Of a stretch of DNA of 64,000 nt, positions 40,315 through 54,285 are shown one piece after another. Position 1 is the stretch's first letter. Each line of letters begins with the position of its first letter. The stretch lies in assembly GCF_009914755.1 (NCBI RefSeq), contig NC_060926.1; one strand, given 5' to 3'. The notes below the pieces were generated by a model. It was not told the origin of the DNA. It was given only the letters and a program-made list of their open reading frames with translations, and made no database searches. Origin of the DNA: the human T2T-CHM13v2.0 reference genome, Homo sapiens. The translations under genes were made by a program, and so were the position numbers.

Positions 40315-41800
40315 ATTTATTAAGTATTCAGTCTATGCCAGCCACTGTTTCAAGGGTTTCGTGTGTATGGATTCATAGAATACTCATAACTCTCCCAAAA
40401 TGTATGTACTATTCTTTTTTTTTTTTTTTTTTTTTTAGTATGTATTGATCATTCTTGGGTGTTTCTCAGAGAGGGGGATTTGGCAGGGTCATAGGACAAT
40501 AGTGGAGGGAAGGTCAGCAGATAAACACGTGAACAAGGGTCTCTGGTTTTCCTAGGCAGAGGACCCTGAGGCCTTCAGCAGTGTTTGTGTCCCTGGGTAC
40601 TTGAGATTAGGGAGTGGTGATGACTCTTAAGGAGTATGCTGCCTTCAAGCATCTGTTTAACAAAGCACATCTTGCACCGCCCTTAATCCATTTAACCCTG
40701 AGTGGACACAGCACGTTTCAGAGAGCATGGGGTTGGGGGTAAGGTTATAGATTAACAGCATCCCAAGGCAGAAGAATTTTTCTTAGTACAGAACAAAATG
40801 GAGTCTCCCATGTCTACTTCTTTCTACACAGACATAGTAACAATCTGATCTCTCTTTCTTTTCCCCACATTTCCCCCTTTTCTATTCGACAAAACCAACA
40901 TCGTCATCATGGCCCGTTCCCAATGAGCTGTTGGGTACACCTCCCAGATGGGGTGGCGGCCGGGCAGAGGGGCTCCTCACTTCCCAGATGGGGCGGCTGC
41001 CGGGCAGAGGGGCTCCTCACTTCTCGGATGGGGCGGCCGGGCAGAGACGCTCCTCACCTCCCAGAAGGGGTGGCGGTCGGGCAGAGACACTCCTCAGTTC
41101 CCAGACGGGGTGGCGGTCGGGCAGAGGCGCTCCTCACATCCCAGACAGGGCGGCGGGGCAGAGGCGCTCCCCACATCTCAGACGATGGGCGGCCGGGCAG
41201 AGATGCTCCTCACTTCCTAGATGGGGTGGCCGCCGGGCAGAGGCTGCAATCTCGGCACTTTGGGAGGCCAAGGCAGGCAGCTGGGAGGTGGAGGTTGTAG
41301 CGAGCCGAGATCAGGCCACTGCACTCCAGCCTGGGCAACATTGAGCACTGAGTGAGCTAGACTCCGTCTGCAATCCCGGCACCTCGAGAGGCCGAGGCAG
41401 GCAGATCACTCGAGGTCAGGAGCTGGAGACCAGCCCTGCCAATATGGCGAAACCCCGTCTCCACCAAAAAATGCAAAAACCAGTCAGATGTGGCGGCGCG
41501 GGCCTGCAATCCCAGGCACTCTGCAGGCTGAGGCAGGAGAATCAGGCAGGGAGGTTGCAGTGAGCCGAGATGGTGGCAGTACAGTCGAGCCTTGGCTTTC
41601 ACAACTTTGGTGGCATCAGAGGGAGACCAGGGAGAGGGAGAGGGGGAGGGGGAGGGGAGGGGGAGGGGGAGCTGTACTATTGTTCTTATTTTATAAATGA
41701 GGAAATTGAGGCACAGAAAATACAAGTAACTTGCTCAAAATCAAATACCTAATAACCTGGCTATTTGTTTCCTGAGCTCTCACTCTTAATGACACACTAT
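40315..41800 (-). mobile_element. MIR split by the SVA (pieces ~40315-40413 and ~41673-41800)
   Basis: The halves join into tactatt…attttataaatgaggaaattgaggcacaga, a MIR core. Confidence 0.7.
40414..41670 (-). mobile_element. SVA retrotransposon (older SVA_A/B-like), all domains present
   Basis: Hexamer 41630-41670, Alu-like 41244-41629, VNTR of ~8 units 40938-41243, SINE-R 40437-40937, poly(A). TSD core TGTACTATT at 40405-40413 and 41673-41681. Confidence 0.96.
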
Positions 41801-44571
41801 CTTTTGAATAATGTGATCACATTCGCTGCGCTCATGAATTGACGAAGGTTTTCTTTCCCCGACTATCATCAGGCTCCAGAAATAATACAATAATAGGAGC
41901 TGTGACTCTCACACACTGAAATAAAAATCTAACATCCTTCTATATATTTACTTGTAAGTCAAATTCAGGAGTTGAGTATCTTTTTCTATCAGTGTCTGAT
42001 CCTAGTACCTGAGATCAACAGTGTATGTACTGGAATGTTCACTTCTTCCCTGGGCCTGGACAGTCCTCCACCCTGCTTATTGCTTGCACCTAAGTGCCAA
42101 GGAGCTAAGGTTCTTCCCCTGGGTCTTGTAAAGCCATCTGCTTGCTTCACTTGATAACCCGCGGTGTACTTGCAAAATGATGTGGTGGTGTTCTTGCTCT
42201 GGGCCAAAGCTATCTATAAATTTACTTAAGCTTTCAAAGCCTTAGTTTCCTTATCTGTCCAATGGCAAGAAAAAGAGTAGTGTTTCCTTCATATGGTTTT
42301 GGGAACGTTAAAGGAGTTATGTAAATCTTTTTGTATCTCTAATTACAGATGTTATTTATTAGAGTAGGTACTGATGTATTCCTTCTGTCACCCTACCCAG
42401 GGACAATGGGGAAGACATTCAGATTGAAGAGGTCAATTTCTGATTGAGTCTAAGCTAAAAATAAAGCCTCCATGGCAGAGCTCCATGGGTTCTCCATGTT
42501 GCACCATTGCTCAACTCCAGCAGAAGCTGGGGAATAACACAGGTGTCTCCTGCGCTGTCTGGCCTATAGTAGAAATAAACACCACATTACAAATAGCACT
42601 GTGGACAGTCTTCAGTAGTAACCCTAGAAAGAGAACCAAGATCTCATTCCCTAAATATAAATAAAATCCCTGCATAGTTATTCTCTTCATTTTGTTGTTG
42701 TCGTTGTTTTTTGTTTGTTTGTTTGTTTGGAGTGTAGAAGTATTGGTACAGTGCGAGGGGAGGAGAATGTCTCTCTCTTTCACAAAAGAAACAACTGTTC
42801 CCCCAGGTTTCCCAAAAGGTAGTAGAGAAAACAAAGTGGTTTTTTAATTATTATTATTTAAAGGACCCATTCTGGACATATTTTTCTGGAAATGTGGTGC
42901 AAATCTTCATTTTGCTCATTTGAAGTCCTCAAATGTAAGACACTTTCATCACCATTTCCCATTAATTTATATTACCTCTACCCCTCCACTTTTTTTTTTA
43001 ATCCCACTCCTTTCTTCTAACCCCTAGGCCACATGTTCAAAGGTTGTTTTGAATGGATTCCTCTCTTTATGAACAGATTGAGTTTTAGCCCTGGTCCACC
43101 TTTGTCTTCCTAATCACCTTAGCTGGGACTGGGCACATGGAAACGTCTAGATTCAGGTTAGACATCAGCCGTCTAAATAAACAGCTTCTTTTATGAGCGT
43201 ATCCTATTCCATTTGAGCACTGTTAAGCAGGAAGCACACCAAGGCCCACCATTTCTTGCCAGCATGAGTTGGGAGGACTGAGCTGTTGCAAGGTAGAGAT
43301 TCAGATCCCTGACAATCTCTAATAGTCCCCAACGTCATTCCAAATTAAAATACTATTTCAAATGTTATGTTTGCTGTGCAAGGCAGTTTCAAGAAAAACT
43401 GGAAAATAAGATTTTTTTCTATGAGTCAAACCTGATAAGTCAAAGCTTAGTGAGTGTAATAATGATGTCTCCTAGCTTATCCTTACTAGTCTAGGGACAG
43501 TTACTTCACTCTATTCATTAAATTGACACCCCCAGGAAGGTATCATCAGAGGAGAGGATAGTCTCTCATAAAACACAGATTAGGAAGACCCCAAGAAACA
43601 AAGTTTAACTTTGACCTGGACACTAGTTACTGAAATAGAGGATTGGAGAATCTGAAATTGGGAGGCATGTGCACTTTGAGGAGCTTGAGACATAGTCCCT
43701 AGAAAAAAACTCCTTGTTCTGTCCATAGTAGGAGAGAAATATCCCTCAAAACTATTTACCACCTTTAGACCAATTTCCTGAGTTCCAAACTATTTTCTCA
43801 ATACTAAATGGACTTTATTAGAAGTATCATGAAGTTTGGCAGGGGAGAGATGCTTGGAGAGGGTGCACCAGTGAAATATTTACAGAAAATAACACACCTG
43901 TCCAACAATTCTGAAGAGGTTATCTGGTTTAAATAGTAAGACTCATGCAGATGTATTTATGAGGCATTCATTTGTTGGAAAATCTGATTTTTTCTAGATG
44001 TATAATTGATCGTCATCCTCAAATGAAGTATATCCATGTGAGATTGAGAGCAAGTCTGCCTTCTGTCTTAGGCTATCCCTGCACCATGTGCAGGGCATTA
44101 TTTCTGAACTACCAGGAACTTCCTGCTGCTTAACAAGTATTTCACCACTGCCTGTCACAATGACTGAAATTTTGTCCTTATATGTTACAATTTGGCACCG
44201 TCAACTTTTGTCAAGATCACTGACAGGGTAAATATGGCATGCCTTGCTCAGTTCAGGCTGAAAGCTAGCTTGTAAAAAGCCTTCAATGTGTACTTTGTCT
44301 CAATTCGGAAAAGTTCAATGGTGATTACCATTTTGGCAAAGCACAGCTGTTTTTCTTGCATGAGATGATTTATGGCTCTAAACAAACCAGGAATGACTGT
44401 ATAACTGACATTGCAAGTCCCAAAAGGTGGTTCAACATGAGTGAGAATTATAATCTTGGCTCCAGCCCTTGGTGATGATAGGTTAAGGATCAAGAACTGG
44501 TCATTATGAAAACACTATGTCATTTGACACTTTTGACACTTTAGTCACCAAGCAGTACTCTCTGTGGAGGG

Positions 44572-44760
44572 ACTAACATTTATTGAAGCCCCTCTCTGTA
44601 CAAGCCTCCCTGTTTACACATCTCATTTAAACTTTACCACTACCTTGTCAGGTAAATTCCAGCCAAGTTTTAGAAATGGTGAGATTAGAGGTTCAAACAG
44701 ATTAAGGATTAATTATAAATTCACAGTTAAGCTTATATGACATCGCAGCCACTGTGCCAA
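44572..44760 (-). mobile_element. MIR
   Basis: aacatttattga…atctcatttaa…ttttagaaatggtgagattagagg. Confidence 0.5.
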
Positions 44761-45317
44761 ATTATCTCATTTAGGGCAAGAACACATGTTTTTGGAATTT
44801 GCATACACTGTTTTTTGGGGGAGGGGGAGATCATTCTATGGACTTATCTCATGTGCAAATTATATTGGATTCCTGCGTTACTTGGAAGGAGTAAACAAAA
44901 AAGTGCCAAGTTTATTGATTATTGTATATAAAGAAATTAATAGTTATATAAGTGCTCATTTTAATGTTTTTTGATTTAACCAAATTTTACAATATAACAG
45001 TATATTATCCAGAGAGATAACAACATACAGAAGAAAGTGATCTGGTAAATATTCGACTTTGGGTAGTTCTTCATTTATCTTACTAAGTCCATTCCCCAAC
45101 TCGGTTAATTATTTTAGTTGAGGTAGAAATGAATAAGATAGAAATGTACTTGGTGTTTTTGCAAAGCAAGGGCTAGGTTGTGCCACACCCTTGCACCCTC
45201 CTACTCTATCCTATTCCTTATGCAACTAAAGACAGGTGTTAGAGCAGAAGAGAAAGGATTAGATGTTTGAGTTGAGAACAAATTGCTGAGGTGTCAGTTT
45301 CCTGTCTTGATTTAAAA

Positions 45318-46134
45318 TGTGGGTGAAGGATATAAACAGACACTTCTAAAAAGAAGACATTTATGCAGCCAACAAACTTATGAAAAAAAAGCTCATCATC
45401 ACTGGTCATTAGAGAAACACTAATCAAAACTACAATGAGATACCATCTCACACCAGTTAGAATGGAGATCAGTTAAAAAATCAGGAAACAACAGATGCTG
45501 GGGAGGATGTGGACAAATAGGAACGCTTTCACACTGTTGGTGGGTGTGTAAATTAGTTCAAACATTGTGGAAGACAGTGTGGTGATTGCTCAGGATCTAG
45601 AGCTAGAAATACCATTTGACCCAGCAATCCCATTACTGGATATATACCCAAAGGATTATAAATCATTCTACTATAAAGACATATGCACATGTATGTTTAT
45701 TGTGGCACTATTCACAATAGCAAAGACTTGGAACCAACCCAAATGCCCATCAATGATAGACTGGATAAAGAAAATGTGGTACATATACAACATGGAATAA
45801 TATGCAGCCATAAAAAGGATGAGCCCATGTCCTTTGCAGGGACATGGCTGAAGGCGGAAACTACCATTCTCAGCAAACTAACACAAGAACAGAAAACCAA
45901 ACACCACTCATAAGTGGGAGTTGACCAATGAGAATACATGGACACAGGGAGGGGAACATCACACAGTGAGGCCTGTTGGGGGGTGGGGAGCTAGGGGAGG
46001 GATAGCATTAGGAGAAATACCTAGTGTAGATGATGGGTTGATGGGTGCAGCAAACCACCATGGCATGTGTATACCTATGTAACAAACCTGCCCATTCTGC
46101 ACATGTAACCCAGAACTTAAATTATAATAAAAAA
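45318..46134 (+). mobile_element. L1PA7-like 3' end, 5'-truncated
   Basis: ORF2 C-terminus ([26 protein letters not shown]), 3' UTR and short A tail. Confidence 0.95.
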
Positions 46135-49100
46135 GTATACATTTTCATGCACCTACACCCAAACATGCAAAGCGATATTGGGATTCTAATTTATAACACA
46201 CATAGTTGGCTCCGTGTACCACTATATTGTATTGATCATCATATGGCAACAGTTATATTTTCCTTTCTTGGAAAACCGATGGAGGATATTAAATGTGTAT
46301 CCCCAATCCCTGTTATAAATACTCAGTTTATCTCCAAGTTCCCCTAATAAGCTTTTGCATAAAGAAGTAGCTATTAATGTTCAAAGCACTCTGGACTATA
46401 ATCATGAAGATATTGCACAGTTAAATCTTTAATAAATAGGTCTAATTCCAACCTAATAGAACACAGACCAGGAGGATCCCTGGAATCAATCAAATATCAA
46501 CTTTGACTGGGGTATCAGTTGCTTGTTGACAGCAACAAACATAAAATATCCTGGTCTCAATCTCTCTCTCTGTCTATCTCTCTTTTTCTCTTTCTCCCTC
46601 TCTCTCTCCTTCAGTAGCAAAATGACATTGGGCCCACATGTCTTAGGGTTCACATTGTTCCTTTTTCTGTGTTACAATTCTTCATTGGTAACATTTATGA
46701 TGAAAGATTAAGCATTCAAGGAAACCTATTTGGGTACTCTTTGTGGAGACAACTTTGCACCTTGTGCTTGCTATTTAGGGTCTTCCCTATCCCAGAGCTA
46801 GTGCCTCTCTCCAGCTCCACTTTCCAGTAGCAAACATCTACTGGTGCAAGCTGCTCTCCTCTCCATTTTTCTCCTGCTTTCCGTCATTCCTACCTCTAGG
46901 GTTTGCTTATACTTTATTTCTTTCTTGAGCAAAAGTAATCTTCTTTCTGCCTATCCAGAATTTATCCATCTTTTACTACTCATCAAAAATATATGCCCTC
47001 CATAACAAGACTTGTGCATAATGGATTTTTACTTATCTGGATTCTTGTAGCTCTCCAATTCAGATATGGCCACGTGAAGACCACCTCAATAAGAGCCAGA
47101 TTAATGTCAGTATTCAGGCTAGAAGTAGATGGTGATGCTCTCAATCTTTCTAAAGCATGAATATGCCCTGTAAAGATCTGCATTCAGCAGGAGAGGAAAC
47201 CTTGCTTACACAACTGAATACAGGTTCTTGGATTCTTCTGTTCTTATAATATACACTTCAGTATTTATACTAATATTTTTATGTTTTATCTATATAAATT
47301 TAACCTGTCAGACTGCAAGCTGATTTTGAAAAGTAGCAGGTGAGTTTATTTAAGCAATGCCATCCATGCCTGAGTCATAATAGAATTAAATAAGTAATTG
47401 CAGAATAAGTAAATCAATGGGATTATACCATTTTCAAAGGAAGAAAGTGTGATATATTTATATTTTATGTGGTATGCAGAAGATGTTTATAAATATTGAG
47501 TAAATTTAGTTTATATGTGTATACATTAATATTTAATTTTTATTTAGATTATTAATCATGCAAAGATGGGTGAAAACATGTCAAAGATCATGCAGAGATA
47601 CCCTCCACCTCTTAGGTTTAATCTTATCTTTAATCTGCATATGTCTCTTGTTTTTGGTTTTATTATTTCTGTTTAGAAATACAATTGTAATTTTAGAGAG
47701 AAACTTCAAAATCTTACAAGTTAAATAACACAGGAATACTGTTCTCCTATTAGCAGTCAGTTATTTTTGTGTCTCTACCTCTGAATTGGTACAGTTATCA
47801 TAAACAACCATTTATTTGTTCATGCACAAACATCCATCCTTAAAACTGGGAAACCAGCCTGGTAAATTAAAATAAAGGTAGCATGAGAATTTTAGGAGTG
47901 TGACACAGTGTATTCTCAACACTGCAGCCAATTCCAACATGCTGCAGTTTCCTATTAGTATCTCTAATTCATGAGGGTTTGGACCAGCTGTTAGACAATG
48001 TTTTAGTCCTACCATTTCTGTTCCTGGAGGTGGGTGGTGTGAGTGAGACTGTCCAATGTGTCTCACTAAATTAGTCTTTAAAACTAGTTGAGTGGTAAAA
48101 AACAATAAAAACACATCAATCAGAGTCTATGATTGGCACTCCAAAATCATTTTACATTTTTTCTTGGAATGCAGAAATATATGTGGCAAAGCATGCCACA
48201 ACTCATGCAATGCCATCAAAGACACTCACGCAAAACCTGAACTCAAATTCCAATGCCTACTCTTTTGCTGCCCCTAGAGTTCTAGTTAGCAATGTGTTAT
48301 TTACTGCCAGGTTGCTTTCCAGTTATGTTACTTCTCTGTCCTATAGCCTATATCCTTCCTGATCACTCACACTCTTCTCCCACAGATATATGTCATATTT
48401 TCTTCCTGACCACCCTCCACACTTCAACTTGAAATCCACAGTGCCTTCCCCCTCAAGCTGCCAGTGAGGTGAATGCAATCACCGTTATCAGCAATGCTTT
48501 GTATAAGCAACTCACAAACCCTGCTATGATGGATTTACTGCAGTTGAGTGTTGTAGACAACAGGAAGACCAAATGGAGTGGAGAGATTGATAGAAAGATC
48601 ATTTTTCTTCATCCTAAATAAACAAAAATAAATCCTTCTATAAATCTGTCATTATGATCTTTTGTTTAATGAACTTTTTTGACCCTCAATGACAGAAGGC
48701 ACTGACGTTCCACTGCAATGCTGCATAAGGCAGAAATCCGTGTAACTTTGGTACTGTGTAGATGGGCATATTTACAGTATGTAATCTCAAGAATCTGAAT
48801 TTTCATAGCCTTTACAATTCAAATAGACTTTATTTGTCTTACATAATTTAACTTTGTTTTTCTTTGTTGCCATCTTTTTACCACATTAATATTTTGTTTT
48901 ACTCATCAGCTTGCCTTGGTCTCAATTAAGCATCCCTATTTCCTAATACTCTGCTAAAAACCTTTAGGATGCATGATTGATACATCTCGATGTTTGCCTT
49001 TGTACTGCACCAGACTTTATTTTCCTACAGGACAATATCTCCCAAGAATTGAGCTGAGTGATTGTCACGTGTTTCACAGACAGTCAGCATTTGTTGAACA

Positions 49101-50699
49101 ATTAAATAGAAACTCACTTCATAAATCTTTCATAGAATTATAATTGGTAACCTATCTTAATTCTACATCTCCGGATTTTTTATCTTACTCTAATTGAGCT
49201 GATGCCAGAAGTATGCTCTCTTAAATCCACTTCCATTTGTCTCTATTTCCTTAATTTCTTTAAATTCAGACCCAGTTTCTTGCTGTAGAAGGGGAGGGAT
49301 GGAGTGATGATTGTACTGATGTAATTTTAAAGATTGAACTCAGGAATCACATTTTGATTAGCAGGTGGCACACTGATGTTTGAGAAGGAAATGAAAAGTG
49401 AATTCATATGCAAATCCAGTATTGTGCATCTTCAGTGCACTTAATGAATGGTGGTATTGATTTAATTTGGTTAATAAATTTTGGATAAATAGAACTCTTG
49501 ATTAAAATAGTACATCTCAAGGGAAAAAGTCATATCTGAACAGACAAATTACCAAAGGTCGAAGGCTTCCCCTGACTGGAGTGTCACTCTTCTCACCCTG
49601 GTGTTAATTACGTTTGTCAACTAGCATATCATTCATGGGAATAATTTGGATTTTCAGTAAGTATGTGATCCAGTCCAAATATTTCTCTTTTTTCCTCATG
49701 GCCTGCTCCAAAAACATTTATCAGAAAATTTCTACATAAAATTCATAGATTATGGCAAATGGAAGGGAACTTGAAGTGCATATTGTCTGTAACTACTCAT
49801 CTAACATTTATCCAATCTCTTCTTCAACATTTTGCAAAATGGGTTATATCATCTTGGCTCAAACTCAAGCAGATATGAGGAGCTAATTTTGTCAGGACAT
49901 AGAATCCCATGGCTGGGCAGCTCCAAATGTTTCTAAATTGCTTATAAGGAGCTCAACCCTGTCTTTGTTTCTTTTTCTTTGGGGATGCTATTCTATTCCC
50001 TAGAGTCTAGAGCAACATAAGTTAAAACATGTTTTAACAAATAATAATTATTCTAATACTTAGACCTGGTCATTATGTGCCTATGAAATCTCCTTTTCAT
50101 TGCCTAATTATAACAAAGCAACATTTTCATAACATAGCTTCTTTAGACACACGATATTTTACTCAAAGTTACATTAAAAGTTCAAGTTTAAAAGTAACCA
50201 CAATATTCAAGATAGGTCTAACATATGCATAATTCAATAGTAATGTTACACAAAAATATTTGTACAAATTCAATTTAATTTTTTTATCTTTCTGAATACA
50301 GAAATATCACCTGAATTTTAAAAAAATTACCCCCTTATAAAATTTTCTGTGCTTTTTTCTTTATTGTGGCCAATACCTCTCTACATGACTCTTGTAGAAA
50401 ATGTAAATGACACACTTATTTCTCAGGACTTTTTTTTCATCCAATGGCTTCCAAATGTCATTCCCAATTCTTCACAGATTTCTGCCATTATAATGACAGA
50501 TAGAGAAAGTGGGAGGAAGAATCTGATTTCTTCACATTGGGAGGATCTCTCCAAATTTTCTTACAAAATAAAACTGTTTGACATAGTTTTGACTAAATTT
50601 CTTTTTCAATTAAAGCCACATATTTTAAAACATATATTTCTAAAATGTTAACCTGTGGTTTCAGAGTGTATTATTCCATTTTCCATTTTATCTTGAGAC

Positions 50700-50945
50700 A
50701 ATACGAATGATTCAGAAAAAAAGACCAGATAAGAATTCCAACACAACAATTTGATAGCTCTATGATCTTGGACAAGAAGATGATTTCTCCAAAGTTTAGT
50801 CTTTCCGTCTTTCCCATCTGCAAAGTAGGCTGATTTGTCACTATTTTGCAGAAATGTGTGTGAATGAACAGAGGTAAAGAATACATGTAAACTATCTGAT
50901 ACAGGCTCTGTGTTTAGATAGCCTCATGAACACACTAGCTCTTAT
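50700..50945 (+). mobile_element. MIR
   Basis: tatgatcttggacaag…tttcccatctgcaaagtagg core. Confidence 0.55.
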
Positions 50946-53257
50946 TATTTTTATAGATGATGTGCAAAATTGAAATAGCAGGATTTCTTTTGTTAACTAG
51001 TTTTATTTATGACTAATTTATAAAACACATGTTACAAAAGGAAGTCTCTTCTTTAGTTTGCTTAAAACTCATTTTATTCATTGTGTATTGTCATTTATAT
51101 GAATAAAAAGAACACCTATGCAGATTAGGGGAAAGTACTTGGATAAAAGACATTTTGGTGCTGTCATTTTGTCACTTACATCTACCACATAAACTAAATA
51201 AAAGTTTTAGAAGTATTAGTATGATAGGCTATGAACAACAGGGACCCTGAATACACCTCATTTCTTACTCCATCCCCCAGCCACACCTCATCTTTTGGTC
51301 CATTTTCAAGTTGAATAGGGTGAAGGTCATTGGCCAATGCTCAAGGGCAGTAGCAGACTGGATGCTCTGAAGAACTCTGGGAATCTGCTGCTGGGGAAGC
51401 TGCATGGAGGGTGACATTCCCCCATCCAGCCAGTCAGAGCAACTGAAAACATAAATCAAAGGTTCAGCAGGTGTCCTAACCAATTCTTTCTCCTGTCTCA
51501 CATTTCATACTGAAGGTAATGCCATAGTTGTCAAAAGCTTGCTTTTAAAGTCCTGTAGAGGCAGATTTAAATATGAAATTTTTTCAAAAGGCATTTGAAA
51601 CAATGAAAAGGGCAAGTGATAACCCCCTTTAAGCTGCTTCTCTCTCAGGAGGCTGGAGTTAGTCTTTTGGTAATATTCTGAATCAATACAGGTAGATTTC
51701 TGAGTCCAGAGATCATACCTCTCACCAAAAGTATAAATTCTAACAAAATACAGTCCTTTAGAGTTGAAACTATATTTTTGCGTTTGCCACTAGACTACCC
51801 ATGTGCTCTAGCAAAGGGGCATTGCATTTTCTTATTCTTCGTGTTCATGATGCGTATTATTTACTGTGCATGTTAGAGAGGCAACACATTTGTAATGTGA
51901 GAGGGCAAAGAGAGTGGATCAAAATGCAGGGCAATGATATTTACTTACTATCTAATTTTTCCCAAGCACCACACTGGCCCCCTTACATTTAATGTATCAC
52001 TTAATATTCAGAACATTTTAAAAAGTATTTTTTTAACAGATGAAGAAAAAAAGACCTTGAAGGGACTGGAAAATTTACCAAGCTCATAAGGTTGGTAAAA
52101 GGAAAAACTGAGATCAAAATTCAAGTCTAATTGACTATAATTTCCTATAATTTTTATAGTCAATTTCTGCTTCTCCAGAAAAAAAAAACACTGGTTATTA
52201 AAGACACACATACATAACTATAATGCATTTATAAATATTTTCATTGAAAATATCAAAAGTTCTGTATCCTAAAATATGAAGCTTCATTTATCAGAAAAAA
52301 TGAACTTTGATGGCATACCTTATTCACTAACACTGCTCTGTAAATGTGGCATTGTTATGACTAAGAAAGAAAATGAAATGATTGATGAATCACCAAATAT
52401 CACATGTGAACTTATTTGTGAAAGTTGCGAACATTCTGTTTTTGACTTCTACCAACTGACTTTTATGCCTGAAAACATAGCTGATTCTAGTTTAAAAGGA
52501 TAAATTCAACATTGATAGCACTGAGGAAATATATTTGCATCTCTATATTTCCACACTGAGTTCTATATTTACATACATTAAATCAAAGCTAATTGAAAAG
52601 TAAAGCTGTCACATTACTGGCTGAAAGTTTACTTAACAAAATTAACACAGCAGTGTACCTGAAAGATAAAGGCAGCATACCAAGAGATGTTGTGTGATTA
52701 CAAAAAATAAAATCTGAAGTACGAATTTTACATAACAGTATCTAATTCTAAGATACATAGAAATATACTTCCAAAAAAAGGGGCAAAGTGAGGAACAATT
52801 GGGAAAGAAAGTAAAGAACAACATATTTAAAGAACCAAAGTAAAGAAAGAAAGTAAAGAACAACATATTTAAAGAACATATAAAGAATGGGCATATTTCA
52901 GCTCTAATAGGTAGGGAATTATCTCTCTGTCTCTCTCCCTCTCTCTCTGTTAATATCTCTTCCCCTAATTTTCTTTCTTTTGTTAAGTGATCAAAAATGA
53001 GCACACAAGACAACAGTTTTTTGGTTTTTTTCCTATGTTGGGTGCACATTTTTAAAAAATTATAATGTGTTTGCTATAAAAGTAACATCCTCATAGGCTG
53101 CTAATGGCAGTGTAAAATGGTGCAAATTTACTGGATAGAATTTAGATAGAAGTATTTTTTTAAATAATAAATATAGATATAGATATTTAAAATATTTATT
53201 CCCCCAAACTCCACTTCTGAGAATCTATATATAAGATATAGAATTACTCATTATTAT

Positions 53258-54285
53258 TTTTTTCTGTTTTGTATGAATGATTGTATTTTATTTTATTTTT
53301 AACTTTTTTAAGTTCAGGGTACAAGTAAAGGTATTTTACATAGATAAATTTGTGTCATGGGGGTTTGTTGTACAGATTATTTTATCACCCAGGTATTAAG
53401 TCTAGTACCCATTAGTTATTTTTCCTGATCCTCTCTCTTATCTCACCCTCCACCGTCTGAAAGCCCCCAGTATGTGTTGTTCCCCTCTATGTGTCCATAT
53501 GTTCTCATCATTTAGCTTCCATTTATAAGTGAGAACATGCGGTACTTGGTTTTCTGTTCCTCTGTTAGTTCGCTGAAGTTAATGGCCTCCAGCTCCATCC
53601 ATGTCCCGGAAAGGACATGATCTTATTTTTTTTATGACTGCGTAGTATTCCATGGTGTATATGTACCATGTTTTCTTCCTGTAGCCTACCACCAATGGGC
53701 ATTTAGGTTGATTCCACAAGGTTGCTATTGTGAATAGTGACGCAATGAACATTCACATGCATGTGTCTTTAAAATAGAATAATTTATATTCCTCTGGGTA
53801 TATACCCAGTAATGGGATTTCTGTCTTTAGATCTTTGAGGAATTGCCACACTGTCTTCCAAAGTAGTTGAACTAATTTACACTCCCACCAACAGTATACA
53901 AGAATTCTTTATTGACAAAGATGCCAAAAGCAATTGCAACAAAAGTAAAAATTGACAAATGGGATCTAATTAAACTAAATAGCTTCTGCATAGCAAAGAA
54001 AGCAAAGAAACTATCAACAGAGTAAACAGGCAACCTACAGAATGGGAGACAACTTTTGCAAAGTATGCATCTGACAAAGGTCTAATAGCCAGCATCTGTA
54101 GGAAACTTAAACACATTTACAAGAAACAAACCCATAAAAAGTGGGCAAAGGACATGAACAGACACTTTTCAAAAGAAGACATACATGTGCCCAACAATCA
54201 TATGAAAAAATGCTCACTATCACTGACCATTAGAGAAATGCAAATGAGTTATCATCTAATATCAGTCAGAATGGCTATTATTAAA
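53258..54285 (-). mobile_element. Older L1PA (PA11-15-like) with 5' inversion
   Basis: 3' end on the minus strand ~53283-53902, inverted ORF2 piece on the plus strand ~53911-54285. TSD TACTCA(T/A)TATTAT at 53245-53257 and 54289-54301. Confidence 0.9.

Noticed and set aside
40923-41725. Several overlapping GC-rich ORFs
   Set aside because: These are stop-poor translations of the SVA VNTR and Alu-like region.
42467-42510. Repeated CTCCATG motif
   Set aside because: Three or four short irregular copies are compatible with chance or local slippage.
44248-44493. 81-aa ORF in unique sequence
   Set aside because: No recognisable homology, non-ATG start, and no convincing splice signals.
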